Source of the DNA: Chiloscyllium plagiosum
Lineage: Eukaryota
Direction of reading: 5' to 3'
DNA: 20,332 nt
NCBI RefSeq assembly: GCF_004010195.1
Contig: NC_057719.1
Span: forward strand, 69,874,401-69,894,732
The notes beneath the pieces were generated by a model. It was not told where the DNA came from. It saw nothing but the letters and a program-made list of their open reading frames with translations, and ran no database searches. Numbering within the stretch: the first letter of the stretch is position 1; each line of letters starts with the position of its first letter. The position numbers were made by a program, and so were the translations under genes. Of the stretch, positions 1-12,193 are shown in pieces.

Positions 1-304
1 AACTAGATCGCTCACCATTTTTCTGTTTATTGTGTCTTTAAAATAATTGCAATAGGATGCAAAAGAAAAAGAAAAAAAAAAATCATTCTATTATTCTCAA
101 CAGAAAGTTTGTTCTTTCGGGGGATAACACAGCAATTAACATAAATAATGCTTCAACCTCATTCAAAGAAGGAAGATGACTACATTTGCAGGTTCGTAAC
201 AAACGAATTTGCACAGACTCAGGAAACTCCAGAATACTTTAAAGCCAATTTGAAGTGTAGAAAATAATCAAATAGGTCAGGCATCATTAGAATTGAATAC
301 CACT

Positions 305-415
305 AAATTGACCTGTTAACACCAGTTCTCTCTCCAAAGACACTGCCAGGCCTGTTGAGTATTTACTGCATTTTCAGTTGCTTCCGGTTTCCAACAGCTG
401 CAGTATTTTACTTGA
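305..415 (+). mobile_element. Highly decayed fragment of the same Penelope-like terminal repeat
   Basis: TCTCTCCAAAGACACTGCCAGGCCTGTTGAGTATTTACTGCA..TTCCAACAGCTGCAGTATTT resembles 19755-19830 and 10085-10165. Confidence 0.55.
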
Positions 416-1265
416 ATATTTTTGAAGTGTCATTGTAGTGCAGTGAACACGGAAGATCATTTGCATAATACACAACACCTTTGACATAATCTGTCCCTTC
501 GTAATGTTGGTTGAGGGATTATAAGTCGGTCTGGATACCAGTTCTAATTCTCATTCAGTTTTGTTACAGAATCTTTTATATCCACCTTTGAAGACATGCA
601 CGCTGAGTTTAAAATCTCACTTAGATTTATGTATAGTTCAATTGATTGTAGTTGGGCTGTTTCACATGTTAGAGGAAAGAAAGTTAGAGCAGATTTTGAT
701 TCGCATCTTTCACAGACCAGTTTAGGTGTTGGCACATAACAAATGTGTTTGGCTCATTCCAGCTTGTACTGCCTTAGAAACACCTAAGTTACAAATATTG
801 GTGAAGTGCAAAACCACAATATAATGGAAGACATGAGGCAGTCAGTACATAAAAGCATTAAGAAAATACTAGGTCAGGAACAATCACAAGAATAATTTTC
901 ATCCTCACTTCTTTGGCAGTAATTTGCTGAAGCTGTGTCCCAATTTTGTCCCCAAGCAAAACCAAATTGAGTAAATTCTGCAAATTCTCGTTACCAAATT
1001 ACCTTCCAGCCACTGAGGATGTTAATTACTCTCCTTCATTCCCCTTCTTTATCTGGTTTAAATTCCAACTCTCCACTTGGAAGGTACAACCAATATGTAT
1101 TTCTGGTCAAGATGCTTCAAATTGATCTTGAAGAGCTCTGACTTACTACCTTGCCAAACTATTCATTGAATAGTCAGTTAAGGAGCACTTTTCTTAATTC
1201 CAGCTGCAAGCTTTCCTCTTCCACTATTCTGGCAGAAACCAAATTCATGGGGAGCATCAACAGCA

Positions 1266-1284
1266 CAGCCACTAGATGGCACCT
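1266..1284 (+). promoter_or_regulatory. Candidate CTCF binding site
   Basis: CAGCCACTAGATGGCACCT fits the core CCACYAGRKGGCRC. Confidence 0.5.
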
Positions 1285-2439
1285 ATGATTTACAGGGGAA
1301 ATCTGCATGAAGCACAAAAAACTGCAGTACTCACACATTCTATTGGATGTTTAATACAATGAAGGTCCATAGCTCACATATCATAACAATCAATCATTTA
1401 GACCCAATAGCATAAAATGGCTGAGATGAAAATCACTAACTATCATGCATTGCCCAACTTGCATTACTTTAAAGACTCCATTGCAACACACTGTTATCAT
1501 TTCATCAGTTATGCAGACATTCCAGCAAATGTGCTACTCCACTTATATCACAGTTAAAACTGTAAAACAAGCACCATTTATGACTTGTAATTACTCACAT
1601 TTTAAATTTTGCCACTTCCATGTTGTTTGAAAACATCCCAAAACAATTTATAATTGAGCAATGTGTAGCTCTGGTACTTTGGCTGAGACGTGAGACTTCA
1701 ACTGAGTGCAAAGATTGCAGCTTCTTAACTATTGGTATCATTCCCAATAACTCTCACCACCCTAAGGCAGCTCAAACAGTGGTGCAGTTAATTAAAGGAT
1801 GGCAGCTGAAACATCAAAATGATCTCATTAAGGGAAATAAGCAAATTAGACCAAACAAATCGATCACCCATCAATTTTCTATGATCAGAAATGCAATGCA
1901 AACAGCCAGAAATCTTTTTGATTGTACCTTTGATATTCACGGCTAAGTATCTGTTAATTGAACACCAACATTTTGCAATGATATGCTTTTTAAAAAACTA
2001 ATATTAGTAGATTTGATTATTTCTACTTATCTGTTTATTAAAGCAAATAATAAGTATTTTAAGTCAATATCATCCTGACATTAGTTCTCAGTGATGAATA
2101 GTCACAATTATGTTGTGATGAGAGAGTTGACTACACAATTCATTAACAGTCATAAAATAATTAACTTTATGAGTGATTATAAAAATAAGACTGGCCAAGA
2201 ATGAGAAAAGATTTACTTGTTTTTGGTGAACATAGCCCCATCCATTGTAGCAACTCATCCATTTTAGGGTTTGACTGTATGGTATGTGACCCTACTGACT
2301 GTATCTCTACCAACTTACCTAGGAAATTATTCCAAATAGTTATTCTGCAAGGGAGTCCTTCCGAAAAGCTGTGTCAAATATACTTTAATTCACTTTAATT
2401 TATGTTCTCCAGTCAGACTGACTTACTTTAAAGTGGTAT

Positions 2440-2625
2440 TTGTAGAATTGCCTTATCTACAACCTTTCAAAATGATACATAGATCATTCAGGTCTCCTTA
2501 ATTCTTCCCTACAGACTGTAAAGCTTTATCCTCTCTAACCTTTCCTCATGATTCATCCCTTGCTACCTGAGGTCATGCTTTTCAAGCATCTCCATAATTT
2601 AACATTTTCCATCATTTGGGATCAG
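2440..2625 (-). mobile_element. Very old CR1-like fragment
   Basis: Minus strand GMNHEERLERIKLYSL resembles the CR1 motif GLSYEERLTELGLFSL seen at 17775-17822. Confidence 0.5.
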
Positions 2626-2687
2626 CTTCTCCTTATGGGAGTGCATACTTCTCCTTATGGGAGTGCATACTTCTCCTTATGGGAGTG
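2626..2687. repeat. Perfect 22-bp tandem repeat, 2.8 copies
   Basis: CTTCTCCTTATGGGAGTGCATA at 2626 and 2648, partial copy at 2670. Confidence 0.95.
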
Positions 2688-3239
2688 TAATGTGAGTGTT
2701 GATCCACATAACTTTAGGATCATTTCAAATAATTCCCAGAGAATTGTAGTCCTGAACTTTAACATGCACTGGCAGCAGGTGTGGCTGCCCATCAGAAGTC
2801 TTCATTTTACATGTAATGTTTGTTGTTAGGTAATATTTTACAATAAGTATATATTTGATGATGTGTGAATAGATTTATAATCAATATATATTTTATGAAG
2901 TATACACATTGATTATATAATCATATGATACATATTTTACAATGAATATATAACTTTAATAATGTGTCTCAATGTTACGATATGTAAAACATGGCACTGC
3001 TGTTTACATAAATGGTGCAAACACACATCCAGTTCAATTGAGCCTTTGTCTATTTAGAAGAACAATACACATGTCATTTATGGATTTAATGCATCCACAA
3101 TAATCCTAATAAGATATTCTGAAACACATATTTCTCTTTTGAATTATAAATCATCTAAAAATAAAGCTGCTTTTTTTTCTCAGTCTTACTGGTTAGAAAC
3201 ATTGCAATTGTGTAAGGTGATGGGAAAGCAGCTGTGGAA

Positions 3240-4300
3240 CTCAGGCGAACTCCTGCTCACCACTGGTGTTGCCACATGGATCAATCATCAGCTAAAGTAT
3301 CCCACGTGCCAAAAGTAATGTTGACGGTTTTTATGTCTCACTTGACAGCATCCTTTAATTGAAGCTTTGCGTACCCTGGATGTGTTGTGACATGGGCTAA
3401 TTCCCTGTATAGCTTACCCTGAGGATATGAACATCTTCCATCCTGTGTACCTACACAGGCCAGCAAAGCCTTCTTTCCTTCAGCAATGGCATGATTCATA
3501 TGGTTGCACTTGAAATAACTGTGTAATTAGTGACTTTGTCTTTCTGTGTGATATCAACACTGCATTATAGATGCCAGAGATGGAAGTTAGTAAACCTTTT
3601 CTCTGTGTAGGTTCAAGTTGCCATACAATGATGTGTCAAGGATATAGTACTTGCAGATAGGATCATTTGTTAACTGGCCAATGTTATTTCCAATTCATGT
3701 GGTAAGCACTTTATCATGATACAGGTTGTCTGTGACTGTAGATCCAAGGCGGCACGGTGGCACAGTGGTTAGGGGCCGAAGGGCCTGTTTCCACACTGTA
3801 ATGTAATCTAATCTAATGTAATCTAATCTAATGTAACAGAATTTGCTGATTGCTTTCCATGTTGAGTCACTGTTGATGATGGGTGGAAATGTAACATCCT
3901 GTCCCATACAGGACACAGACATGGGATGCATGATCCATTAGCCTTTGGAGCTGGCCAGCAAGTACAACATCATCTGCATACTGAAGGTCTCCAATCAGGG
4001 TCTGGATATGCCGCACTGTTATCATGGCTTGTAGCATTGAGGGATTTCCCGTCCTATTGTATATGGTAGTACAGTCCTTCCATGTCATCAAGGAAATGAT
4101 CGTTCGAGAGGACAGAGAAAGTGATGCAAAACATAGTAAGAGCCGAGATGCAGTTGCACTTTCTTGTTCTAAAAATGGTTGGAGATGGAGTCCTCAAACA
4201 CAATGCTCCTGTGCATGTGATCATATGAAGGACTGTATGAGGTTGTGAAACTTAGGAGGACAATTGATTTTGTCCAGGATATGATAAAGGCCTGTCGTAC
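3240..4300 (-). mobile_element. Degraded RTE-clade LINE fragment (RT and C-terminal region); boundaries approximate
   Basis: Minus-strand remnants GLYHILDKINCPPKF, LQYADDVVL, KFCY|LGSTVTDNL, RMED, and KLQLKDAVK..WDTLADD, in the order expected for RTE ORFs. Confidence 0.75.
3748..3836 (+). mobile_element. Internally deleted mini-SINE (HE1 head fused to 3' tail)
   Basis: GGCGGCACGGTGGCACAGTGGTTAG joined directly to GGGCCGAAGGGCCTGTTTCCACACTGTA, followed by an AATGT/AATCT repeat tail. Confidence 0.85.
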
Positions 4301-4837
4301 TTATGGAATGAAATTGATTTGTATAATATACTTCTAGTTAATAAACTATATTCTATTTGTAGAATTTTTCATGTCACAATGCACAGCAACCCATTATTTT
4401 TAATATCTAAACAATATCTCACAATTTTCTAAAAAACATAGATTTTTAAGACATTAAATTTGTTAGTGCTATCTGCCATTAAATTTGGCCAAGCTTAACT
4501 GCTAAGAACTATTTACAATTGACATGACCTGATCATTTTTTGCTTTGAGGAAGCATTTGAAATTTAGACACATTTTGAGGGCAATTAAAGGGCAATTAAA
4601 AATGCCTTTCCCCAGATTGTGAATTTCTGGTTCGTGGGAATGGGAGGATTATTCAATTTCACCAAAACGTTCCACCTAAAATGTTTAAATATTGGCTTGT
4701 TGAACCTGATATTTGAGACAATCAGTTGCAACAATTACATCCAATTTCTCATGCTCAGCTGATTAAAAATGTAAACCTGTATTCCAACGTATTGAATATT
4801 CAAACAAAAGCAATAGTTTTGAAGTAAAGTCACTTAC

Positions 4838-4857
4838 TTTGATAATCTTTCCACCAT
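4838..4857 (-). other. Candidate 20-nt microexon of an unidentified host transcript
   Basis: cttcctttttttctgtatctctAG|ATGGTGGAAAGATTATCAAA|GTAAGT. Confidence 0.4.
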
Positions 4858-7664
4858 CTAGAGATACAGAAAAAAAGGAAGTTTGTGGCTTCATCGATTA
4901 TTAGAAAAATTATTTCCTTTTGTCTTATTCAAGACAGGAAGAAATTTCCTTTCCATAATCTGAATAAAACATATATCCACTCCAAACCTACTCCAAATGT
5001 GTTCAACATGGAATTTAAGGAGCCTTTTGGGTCAGAAAGGAATGTTAGTCTTGCTGCAGAATAAACTGCAGTCCAACTTGTCAGCAATGGACAAGAGGCT
5101 TGCTGTAGCAACACAACAGACCCATGCTCATGATTATACTGATATTTGCAACCAGCAGAGGAGGGAGCCCAAGGCAAGTAAAATGAACATAAGTAACATA
5201 ATAGAAGAAAAAAAATTGAAAATTTGTTCAAATCCTCAGTAACTGCTGCCCAAATATAGTTTCAAAAGGTATCAAATTTAATTCCAGTTAGAGAGGCTTA
5301 AATCAAATTTATTAATAAATTATAAAGTGTTTTTGTTATTGCAATACTTTATGCCAGTTGTTTTTCTGCTAACTTGCAAATTATCTGTTGATTACCACAA
5401 TGGCTAATCTCTCTGTAAGGACTTTTAAGTCTCAGCAGTACAGCATATTCTGGCCTAGGCCCTTCACACCATCTGCTGCTATCAAATAAAATGGAGTGAA
5501 AACAAAACAATACTGCCCACCAATAATGGACACATGGGAATAATTTCTAGTCAGTAATCTCATTTTAGGGTCCAGATGATGGTTGTAAACTACCCAAGCT
5601 TTCCTCTTATTGTTTATTACATCGACTGATTGCCTCAATGGAATTACAGCCTGGTAATCACTCCTGGGTATGCTTTAATCTATATTTATATAAGCACTTA
5701 GTCACAGAGATATTGCTTTCTAGCGGTAGATTTTCTTGGCACCATTCAGGATACTACTACATAACTGTCCCAGCTCTTTGCACCATATAAATATTTTGAT
5801 ATTTTCACTTATTTACATCGCATCATTTCATTTTTTCAAAAAAACTTACAATTTTATTTTCCTCATCTCCATTTTTCTGTTTACTGTACTAACTTTCTGT
5901 GATTCCCATATCTGTTTTCTTACATTGCAAATAGTCCTCAACTTCTTTCTCTTTCTCATTGCTTGGTTAATTATAATCTTTTCTTCTTCATACAGCTTTC
6001 ATTTGAACTTTTCTGCACCTCACAATTCTCCTGTTAGTCTGAAAAGTTCAATTGCTTGAAGAGGTCTGAGGCCTGGATAACATACTACAGTGTTCTTTCA
6101 TCCAACATCAAGTCCATGGTGATTTATCTTCATTCCTATGCTCTCAAATATAATTTTTCACACAACCAGATGATCTTTTTACTGAAATACATTTAACCAT
6201 TTCATGTGTGCAAAAAAGAAGATAGCAGATAGGACTTAAATCTTTTTGGAAAAATAACCTCACAATTCCATACTAATTAGCTTTCACCCCACAAATTACT
6301 CAGTGTCACTCGATGATAAAGTAGTCTATTCCCAAATTCGGTGTAAAGAGCTAGGACCATTAAAAACCTTCCAATGTCAAGTCTGATGATAATTTAAGAA
6401 GGCTTACACAAAGAGGTTTTTAATGCATGGAGCGCTGTTATTATTTGTTAAAGCATTCTTCATTTACAATATTGTGATTATAGAAAGAAACTTACAGCAC
6501 AGACCATGATGCATATATCTGACTGTTTTCCTTTAGGGTTCTACAGTAAAATTACTGATTCATTGAAATATGACTTTTTAGCAGTCTAGCATTCATGAAG
6601 GTATAACAACAAATAATCTAGTTCCAACTGAATATCAATATTTCTCTTCAAGCTGGGTGTTTTATAAAGTGTATCTTAAAGAATGTTTTCTTTTAATTTA
6701 ATAATGCCATGTGATAAATAAAGTAATACTGATGGACAGCCTTGGCAGAGGTAATTTTCTGAAGTCTGTGTCTCATGCATAATCTGGAAGCTGAGGTAAA
6801 AGAACTCTCTGTGATTATAAACAGACCAGCTGTTACATCGCCACTAATGCTTGATCCCATCAAATAACGAAGCGTGCATGTATTCTCACTCAAAAGCAAA
6901 CTATCAAACCTTGGCTACTGTTTAAATCGGAATTGGTATAATCACTTTGTAGCAATATTGATAACTGGGTTTCTGGGGCAGTTATAAAAAGTACACATTT
7001 TACTTCATTGCTCTAGTTTTCTAAACTCCAATTGCTAACTTATAAAATTAAAAATTTTGCGAAGTAACTCCCAAAGTGTTCAATTTCCAAGGAGAGTATG
7101 TGCCGCTAATGTACTGATACTTCTGAAACAAATCAATCCAATTAAAATTTACTCATGGGTGATTCACATACCATCCTATTTCACAGTTCATGTTGCTATA
7201 ATTTCATTGTTGAACACAGTCACCATGTTACTGGAAAAACTATGGGCAAGAATACTCAGGGATCCAGCTTCTACTCAAACAATAGCTTCCAGGTACAAAA
7301 TGAGTGATTGTTGAGAGGTCAATGCCAACCCTTGAAAAGAAATGCAAAATAAAAACAACAAGAGGGAAGAAAGACAAAAGACAATTTATCCAATTAGCAA
7401 CTTTTCTAACTTTGGAATTTTTCTCCTGAAGACACGTACCCACTTTAAAAAAATGTAAACCAATCATATATGTTTTTATATGTCCTTAAATCATTGTACA
7501 CTACAATATTTGTTCTTAAATCATGAAGCCTAATGCACTTAACATTTCATCCAGTTATATAAGGGATTCTTTATAATAATAATAACAAACCTTGAGCAGT
7601 TGAAGGGATTTATTTAATTAATAATTTATTGTGTGATAATCAAATGAAGGATTGAGGCAATGCA

Positions 7665-8125
7665 GAATGAGAATGTTCAGAGATGAAGGTTTTATCTTAT
7701 GAGGGGAGATTGAGCTGTTTAGGCCTCTACCCACGAGAAGTTATGAGAATGAGAGAAGATCTAACTGAGATATATGAGATGCTAAACAGAACTGACAAAG
7801 TACATACAAAAAAAATGTTTCTTCATATGAGGCGATCTCAAATGGGACGTCACAGTTTTAGGGTAAAGGTTAGCAGATTTAAAACAGAGATGAGGAGAAA
7901 TAGCTTCTCTTAAAGTGTTGTGAATCCATGGAATTCACTACCTCAGAGTGCAGTAAATGCTGGGACATTGAGATGGACAGATTTTTAATTAAAATGTGTT
8001 AAAAGGTTATGGAGAGTGGACAGGAAAGTGGTGATGAGGACGAGATGAGATCAGCCATGATCAAATCAAATGGTGGAGCAGGCTCACGGTGCAGAATTGC
8101 CTACTCCTGCTGCTAGGTCTTAACT
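7665..8125 (+). mobile_element. 5'-truncated CR1 3' end
   Basis: MKVLSYEGRLSCLGLY..MREDLTEIYEML..RFKTEMRRNSFS..WNSLPQ plus 3' UTR AGATCAGCCATGATC..GGAGCAGGCTC..CCTACTCCTGCT. Confidence 0.88.
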
Positions 8126-8169
8126 GTGATAACACTTTGGTTGAATAATACGCTTAGACCCAACACCTA

Positions 8170-8730
8170 GCTGTTTCCACTTAGTCCTGCAAGTTTTCTC
8201 TCTTCAAGGATTCATTCAACTTTCTTTTCAAAGTAATTGTTGAAACTGTTTCTACCATCCCTTAAAGCCAGAGTGTTCCAGATCGCAACAAAACACTCCA
8301 TAAAAATGTGTTTTTTCATTTTATCTCTGGTCCTTTGGCAATCACCTTAAATCCATATTTTCTCATTGCTACCTCTCCTGTCCATGGAAATATCCTCCTT
8401 ATTTATTCCATCAAAACACTTTCTGGCTTTGAACACCTTTATCAAACCTCCCCTGAATCTTGTCTCCTTTGAGGAGAACAATCCTACTTTCAATAATCTT
8501 TCCCCATAACAGGAAATCCACCATCTGGTAATATTCCAGTACATCCTTTAGCAACCTTGACATCTTTTCCAGAGAGTGGTCCTCAGAATTGGCCATAATA
8601 TTGCAGCCTGCGGGTGGGGTGGGAAGGAGTGGGGGTGGGGGCTGCGGTTTAGCGGAAGATGGGGTGGTGGTGGGTAGAGGGGAATAACCAACGTTCACTA
8701 ATGGTTTACCATAATTTTCTTGTTTTTGTT
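8170..8730 (-). mobile_element. Degraded CR1 3' fragment
   Basis: Minus strand YGERLLKVGLFSSKETRFRGGLIKVFK, WNTL, and QFxGPLSGKDVKV-like segment. Confidence 0.75.
8612..8682 (+). repeat. G-rich tract with G-quadruplex potential
   Basis: GGGTGGGGTGGGAAGGAGTGGGGGTGGGGG..GGGGTGGTGGTGGGTAGAGGGG. Confidence 0.6.
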
Positions 8731-9508
8731 TGACAGGGACTTTATTCCTCTATTATTAAAGCAAAGGATATTTCATCTTTTTGAGAGCCTTGAGCAGCAC
8801 TCGCAAAGATTGGGATGCTATATTCAAACACCAGATTAAAAGTAAGGATCGTGGATGTAATTTGCTCCTGACAGAGAAAGACTCAGCTCAGTATAGAAGA
8901 GGAAACTGATCCCATTGCACTGTCTAAAGACTACGTTTAATGGGTATCAATAGAATTGACATAAACAAATCAGAGTATTTCTTACTTCAACACCCTACAT
9001 TGTTTGAACTTTCAATCTGCATTTCCCCTGCTTAATTCAACACTCTGCTCATCACTTTGCTTGCTATCTCCCTCATTACCCCACTTTCAACATCTCGCAG
9101 ACTCCTGCCAAATTGTTGGTTTGTTCCTTTGCTCTTGGTAGTGGTGAACAGTGATGTAGAATGGTGATGAGTGGAAGGAAGGTGTTCAGGCATCAGATTG
9201 GGGAGGACAAGTGTTTGGAACAGGGCAGCGAGCAAATCACGATCCCAGGTTTCATATTCAGTTACAACATTTGTAAAATACTTGTTTTATTGCTCTTATT
9301 GTTTGATGGATACTGATGATCTCTTGTAGTTGGCAATAAACACAACATTAATAACATTTGTTCTATTTCATTCTAAACCACTGATGCCCTGCCCTTAAAA
9401 TTTAATAATGGGTCATTTAATGTAGTGGACCTCATACATCTCCTTAGTACTTCTCTCTCTGGTTTCTGTCAACTCCAATCTCAAAGAAGAAGTTCCAATC
9501 TTTCTGTT

Positions 9509-9806
9509 CATAGAATCCCTACAGTGTGGAAGCAGGCCATTCAGTCCATAAAGTTCACACCACTCCTCCAAAGAGCATCCCACCCAATCTCTGCATTTCC
9601 CCATGGTTTAGCCACCAAGCCTGCACAACTCTGGACATAATTGGCAATGCAGCATGGCCAATCCACCTAACCTGCACATCGTTAGATTGTAGGAGGAAAC
9701 TCACAAAGACACAAGGAAAATGTGTAAACTCCACATGACTGGAATCGAACTCAGGTCCCTGGCATTGTGAGGCAGCAGTGCTAACCACTAAGCCATCATG
9801 CCACCC
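9509..9806 (-). mobile_element. tRNA-derived SINE, HE1-type
   Basis: Reverse complement reads GGGTGGCATGATGGCTTAGTGGTTAGCACTGCTGCCTCACA, B box GAGTTCGATTCC, core TTTCCTCCTACAATCTAACGATGTGCAGGTTAGG, 3' end GGCCTGCTTCCACACTGTAGGGATTCTATG; homologous to the copy at 19288. Confidence 0.92.
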
Positions 9807-9965
9807 TTCAATGATTCTCTTACTTGCTACCTTTTCATTATACTGTTTTTAAAAAAAGTAAAATGAAGATAAATGAAGAAAGGTCAATCATAAATGAAAT
9901 TATTTTGGTGTTTCATATATTTACTGCAGTCAAGAAATAAGTACAGTGTCACAACATATTTGAAA

Positions 9966-10173
9966 TAGACAAGCAGGAGTCTGGAAGAGCACAACAAGCC
10001 AGGCAGCATCAGGACGTGGAGAAGTCCAATGTTTCTGGTGAAATATTCCTGAAGAAGGGTTATACCTGAAACGTTGACTCCTCCACCTCCTGATGCTGCC
10101 TGGATTGCTGTTCTCTTCCAGCCTCCTGCTTGTCTACTTTGAATTCCAACATCTGCAGATTATTTTGTCTCTA
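9966..10173 (+). mobile_element. Short Penelope-like fold-back insertion with central hammerhead motif and 15-bp TSD
   Basis: Arms 9966-10039 and 10064-10136 are imperfect reverse complements. Flanks ACAACATATTTGAAA (9951-9965) and ACAAGGTATTTGAAA (10174-10188). GATGCTGCC..CAACATCTGCAG motif is shared with other copies in the window. Confidence 0.8.
10049..10075 (+). ncRNA. Minimal hammerhead ribozyme motif (PLE-type), core intact
   Basis: CUGAAGA-A-GGGU/UAU/ACCU-GAAA-CG-UU. Confidence 0.65.
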
Positions 10174-12159
10174 ACAAGGTATTTGAAACCAATACTAATT
10201 TCAAAAGGGGACTTTCTAACTGCTGTATTTCATAATGAAGTTAACCATTACGTTTATAATTAGGTTTGTTCAGAATTTCAGAAGAAAGCAACTGAAGTTA
10301 CCTCCAAGAACACTTTTATAGTTGCTTTTTTACTCACCTACCAAGATTAAAATTGAATCATTCTGACATATCAGAATATATTGAATGCAATTTTCCATAC
10401 AGAATAAAAGCTGATTGCTAGTGTGTTACAAGGTATTGGAATTGATGGGTTTACAATGTCATGACAAGAAAATCAAAATTGTAATACAGCTCACTGGTTA
10501 CTTTTATTACACTGTTTTCCCTAATGTTTAATCCTGACTGTTTTCACTCTCTCAAGAACGTGCATGGCTGAAAAGTCTAGCACCACCAGACAATTCTCCA
10601 ACATTGCATGACATGTTGGACTCCTCTTGTAGTTATTACAACACATAGCAGTGTATACCATAGCAATTGTGATAGAAAATGGCAAATAAATCTCCTCAGA
10701 TCAATGAGTGATTGGTGGCACATGAATATTTTGATCATTTAATATGCCAAAATGATATGACCTCTAGTCCATAAAGCCTTAAATATGTATTATACCATTA
10801 TTTCATTTTCTTCTTGTGAGCTTCCAAAGAATCTTGCAAAGCATTCAGAAGCAGATTTTGCAGGTATTGATAGTTAGGCTTGTTTGAGCATGTTTAAGTT
10901 TTTTTAAAATATTGTCAAAAATGTTGCTGTTAGTGATGGACCAAAGACAACAGGACATTTTGGGCTTCAGTGATTAATCGGATGGACAATGTACTTTTTT
11001 TAACTGATGAGATTAATTGACTGAGAAATAACCAAATAATGGAGCTAGAAAGAGGATTAATAAAATGTTAAATCATGTATGGAAGGAAAAATGAATAGAA
11101 ATGAAATGTGGATTGTGACAGAGAAAAAGAGAGGCAGAAAAGAAGAGGAAAAATACAATTTATCATGTTCTTACATCTCCTAAAACAATTCGCAAACTGA
11201 AGGAATGAGACTTAACATTTAGAATTGTTTACTTTCTGAACAAGAAACATTCATTGTCAGTCATTAACACTCATCACATCATTAAAAGGGTAATTAAACT
11301 ATTAAGTGCTAGACTTAGCTTTTTGTGATGAGTTTAATGAGCAACGAATGTGCGAATGCAGCAATCTTAAGATAATCATAGGGAGGTTAAGCATAAAGTG
11401 CTATTATTGCAAAGCTGGTGGTGGAACAATGCAAACTATCCATTAACTTGTAGTGATTTGCAGTTTATTTGCTACCTCAGCTTGCTGTAAATTTTGCCTA
11501 ATTTATCCATTAATAATTCAGTGCGTCATACAGACACAATGGGAAGATTTGTTCACATAGTGCCACTACAAATAACACTTTGCACACTGATGTCAATTTC
11601 CTGGGAGAGGCAATGCAATAGACTACTACCTACTCAAGATCTTCAATGATAATGATGGAGTGATGCAATGAGAATAATGTTTTCCTGTTATGCTTTCAAC
11701 AAAATTTATCCAATATTTGTTAAATTTATGTGAATACAGTACTGCGCTACATACATACCATTTAATGTCACACTATCCTTAACAACACATTTACTGTTAA
11801 ATAAGAATATGCAAACAGCAAAATAAATTGCTTCCTATTATCTTTTGTGCTTTCAGCTATATACGACTACAAACTGATTTTACATTTGTATCAAACAAAA
11901 ATGTGGTCAAATTTACTTCATTATAATATTGATGCCTTCTTTGTCTTTTAATTTATTCATTGGTTATCTAACAATCGCAACCACAAATGATAATACAAAA
12001 CCATTAAGTCAAATTGTTCAACATTGCTCACTGAGAATATGCCTGATATATCAGAAGCAATGGTTCCAGAGATGGGGAACTTCAAAGTTTGGGAGAAGAT
12101 TTGTAGCTCGGATGCTCGTTGTTGTGGTTCTGTTCGCCGAGCTGGGAATTTGTGTTGCA

Positions 12160-12193
12160 GACGTTTCGTCCCCTGTCTAGGTGACATCCTTAG
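12160..12193 (-). ncRNA. Minimal hammerhead ribozyme motif with longer stem II, G5 changed to A; mirror copy at 12663-12696 (+)
   Basis: GCA-CUAAGGA-U-GUC.A.CCU/AGAC/AGG.G.GAC-GAAA-CG-UC-UGC; GCA/UGC can form stem I. Confidence 0.55.

Noticed and set aside
544..738. ORFs open on both strands with a plus-strand acceptor at 569
   Set aside because: Short, with no recognisable domain and no convincing donor; compatible with chance
2626..2687. CRISPR-like array
   Set aside because: Units are directly adjacent with no spacers, in a eukaryotic context with no cas genes
4997..5242. 81-aa ORF with an AAG|GCAAGT GC-type donor near 5173
   Set aside because: No recognisable protein and no good acceptor in the open frame; the overlapping antisense ORF is equally uninformative
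5736..6059. 107-aa hydrophobic ORF
   Set aside because: Reflects T-rich low-complexity DNA and has a TTG start; not a credible membrane protein
9966..10136. MITE or pre-miRNA interpretation of the hairpin
   Set aside because: The right side extends about 37 bp beyond the inverted arm, the TSD is long, and the arm sequence occurs singly next to a GIY-YIG relic (14425-14500), which favours a Penelope origin
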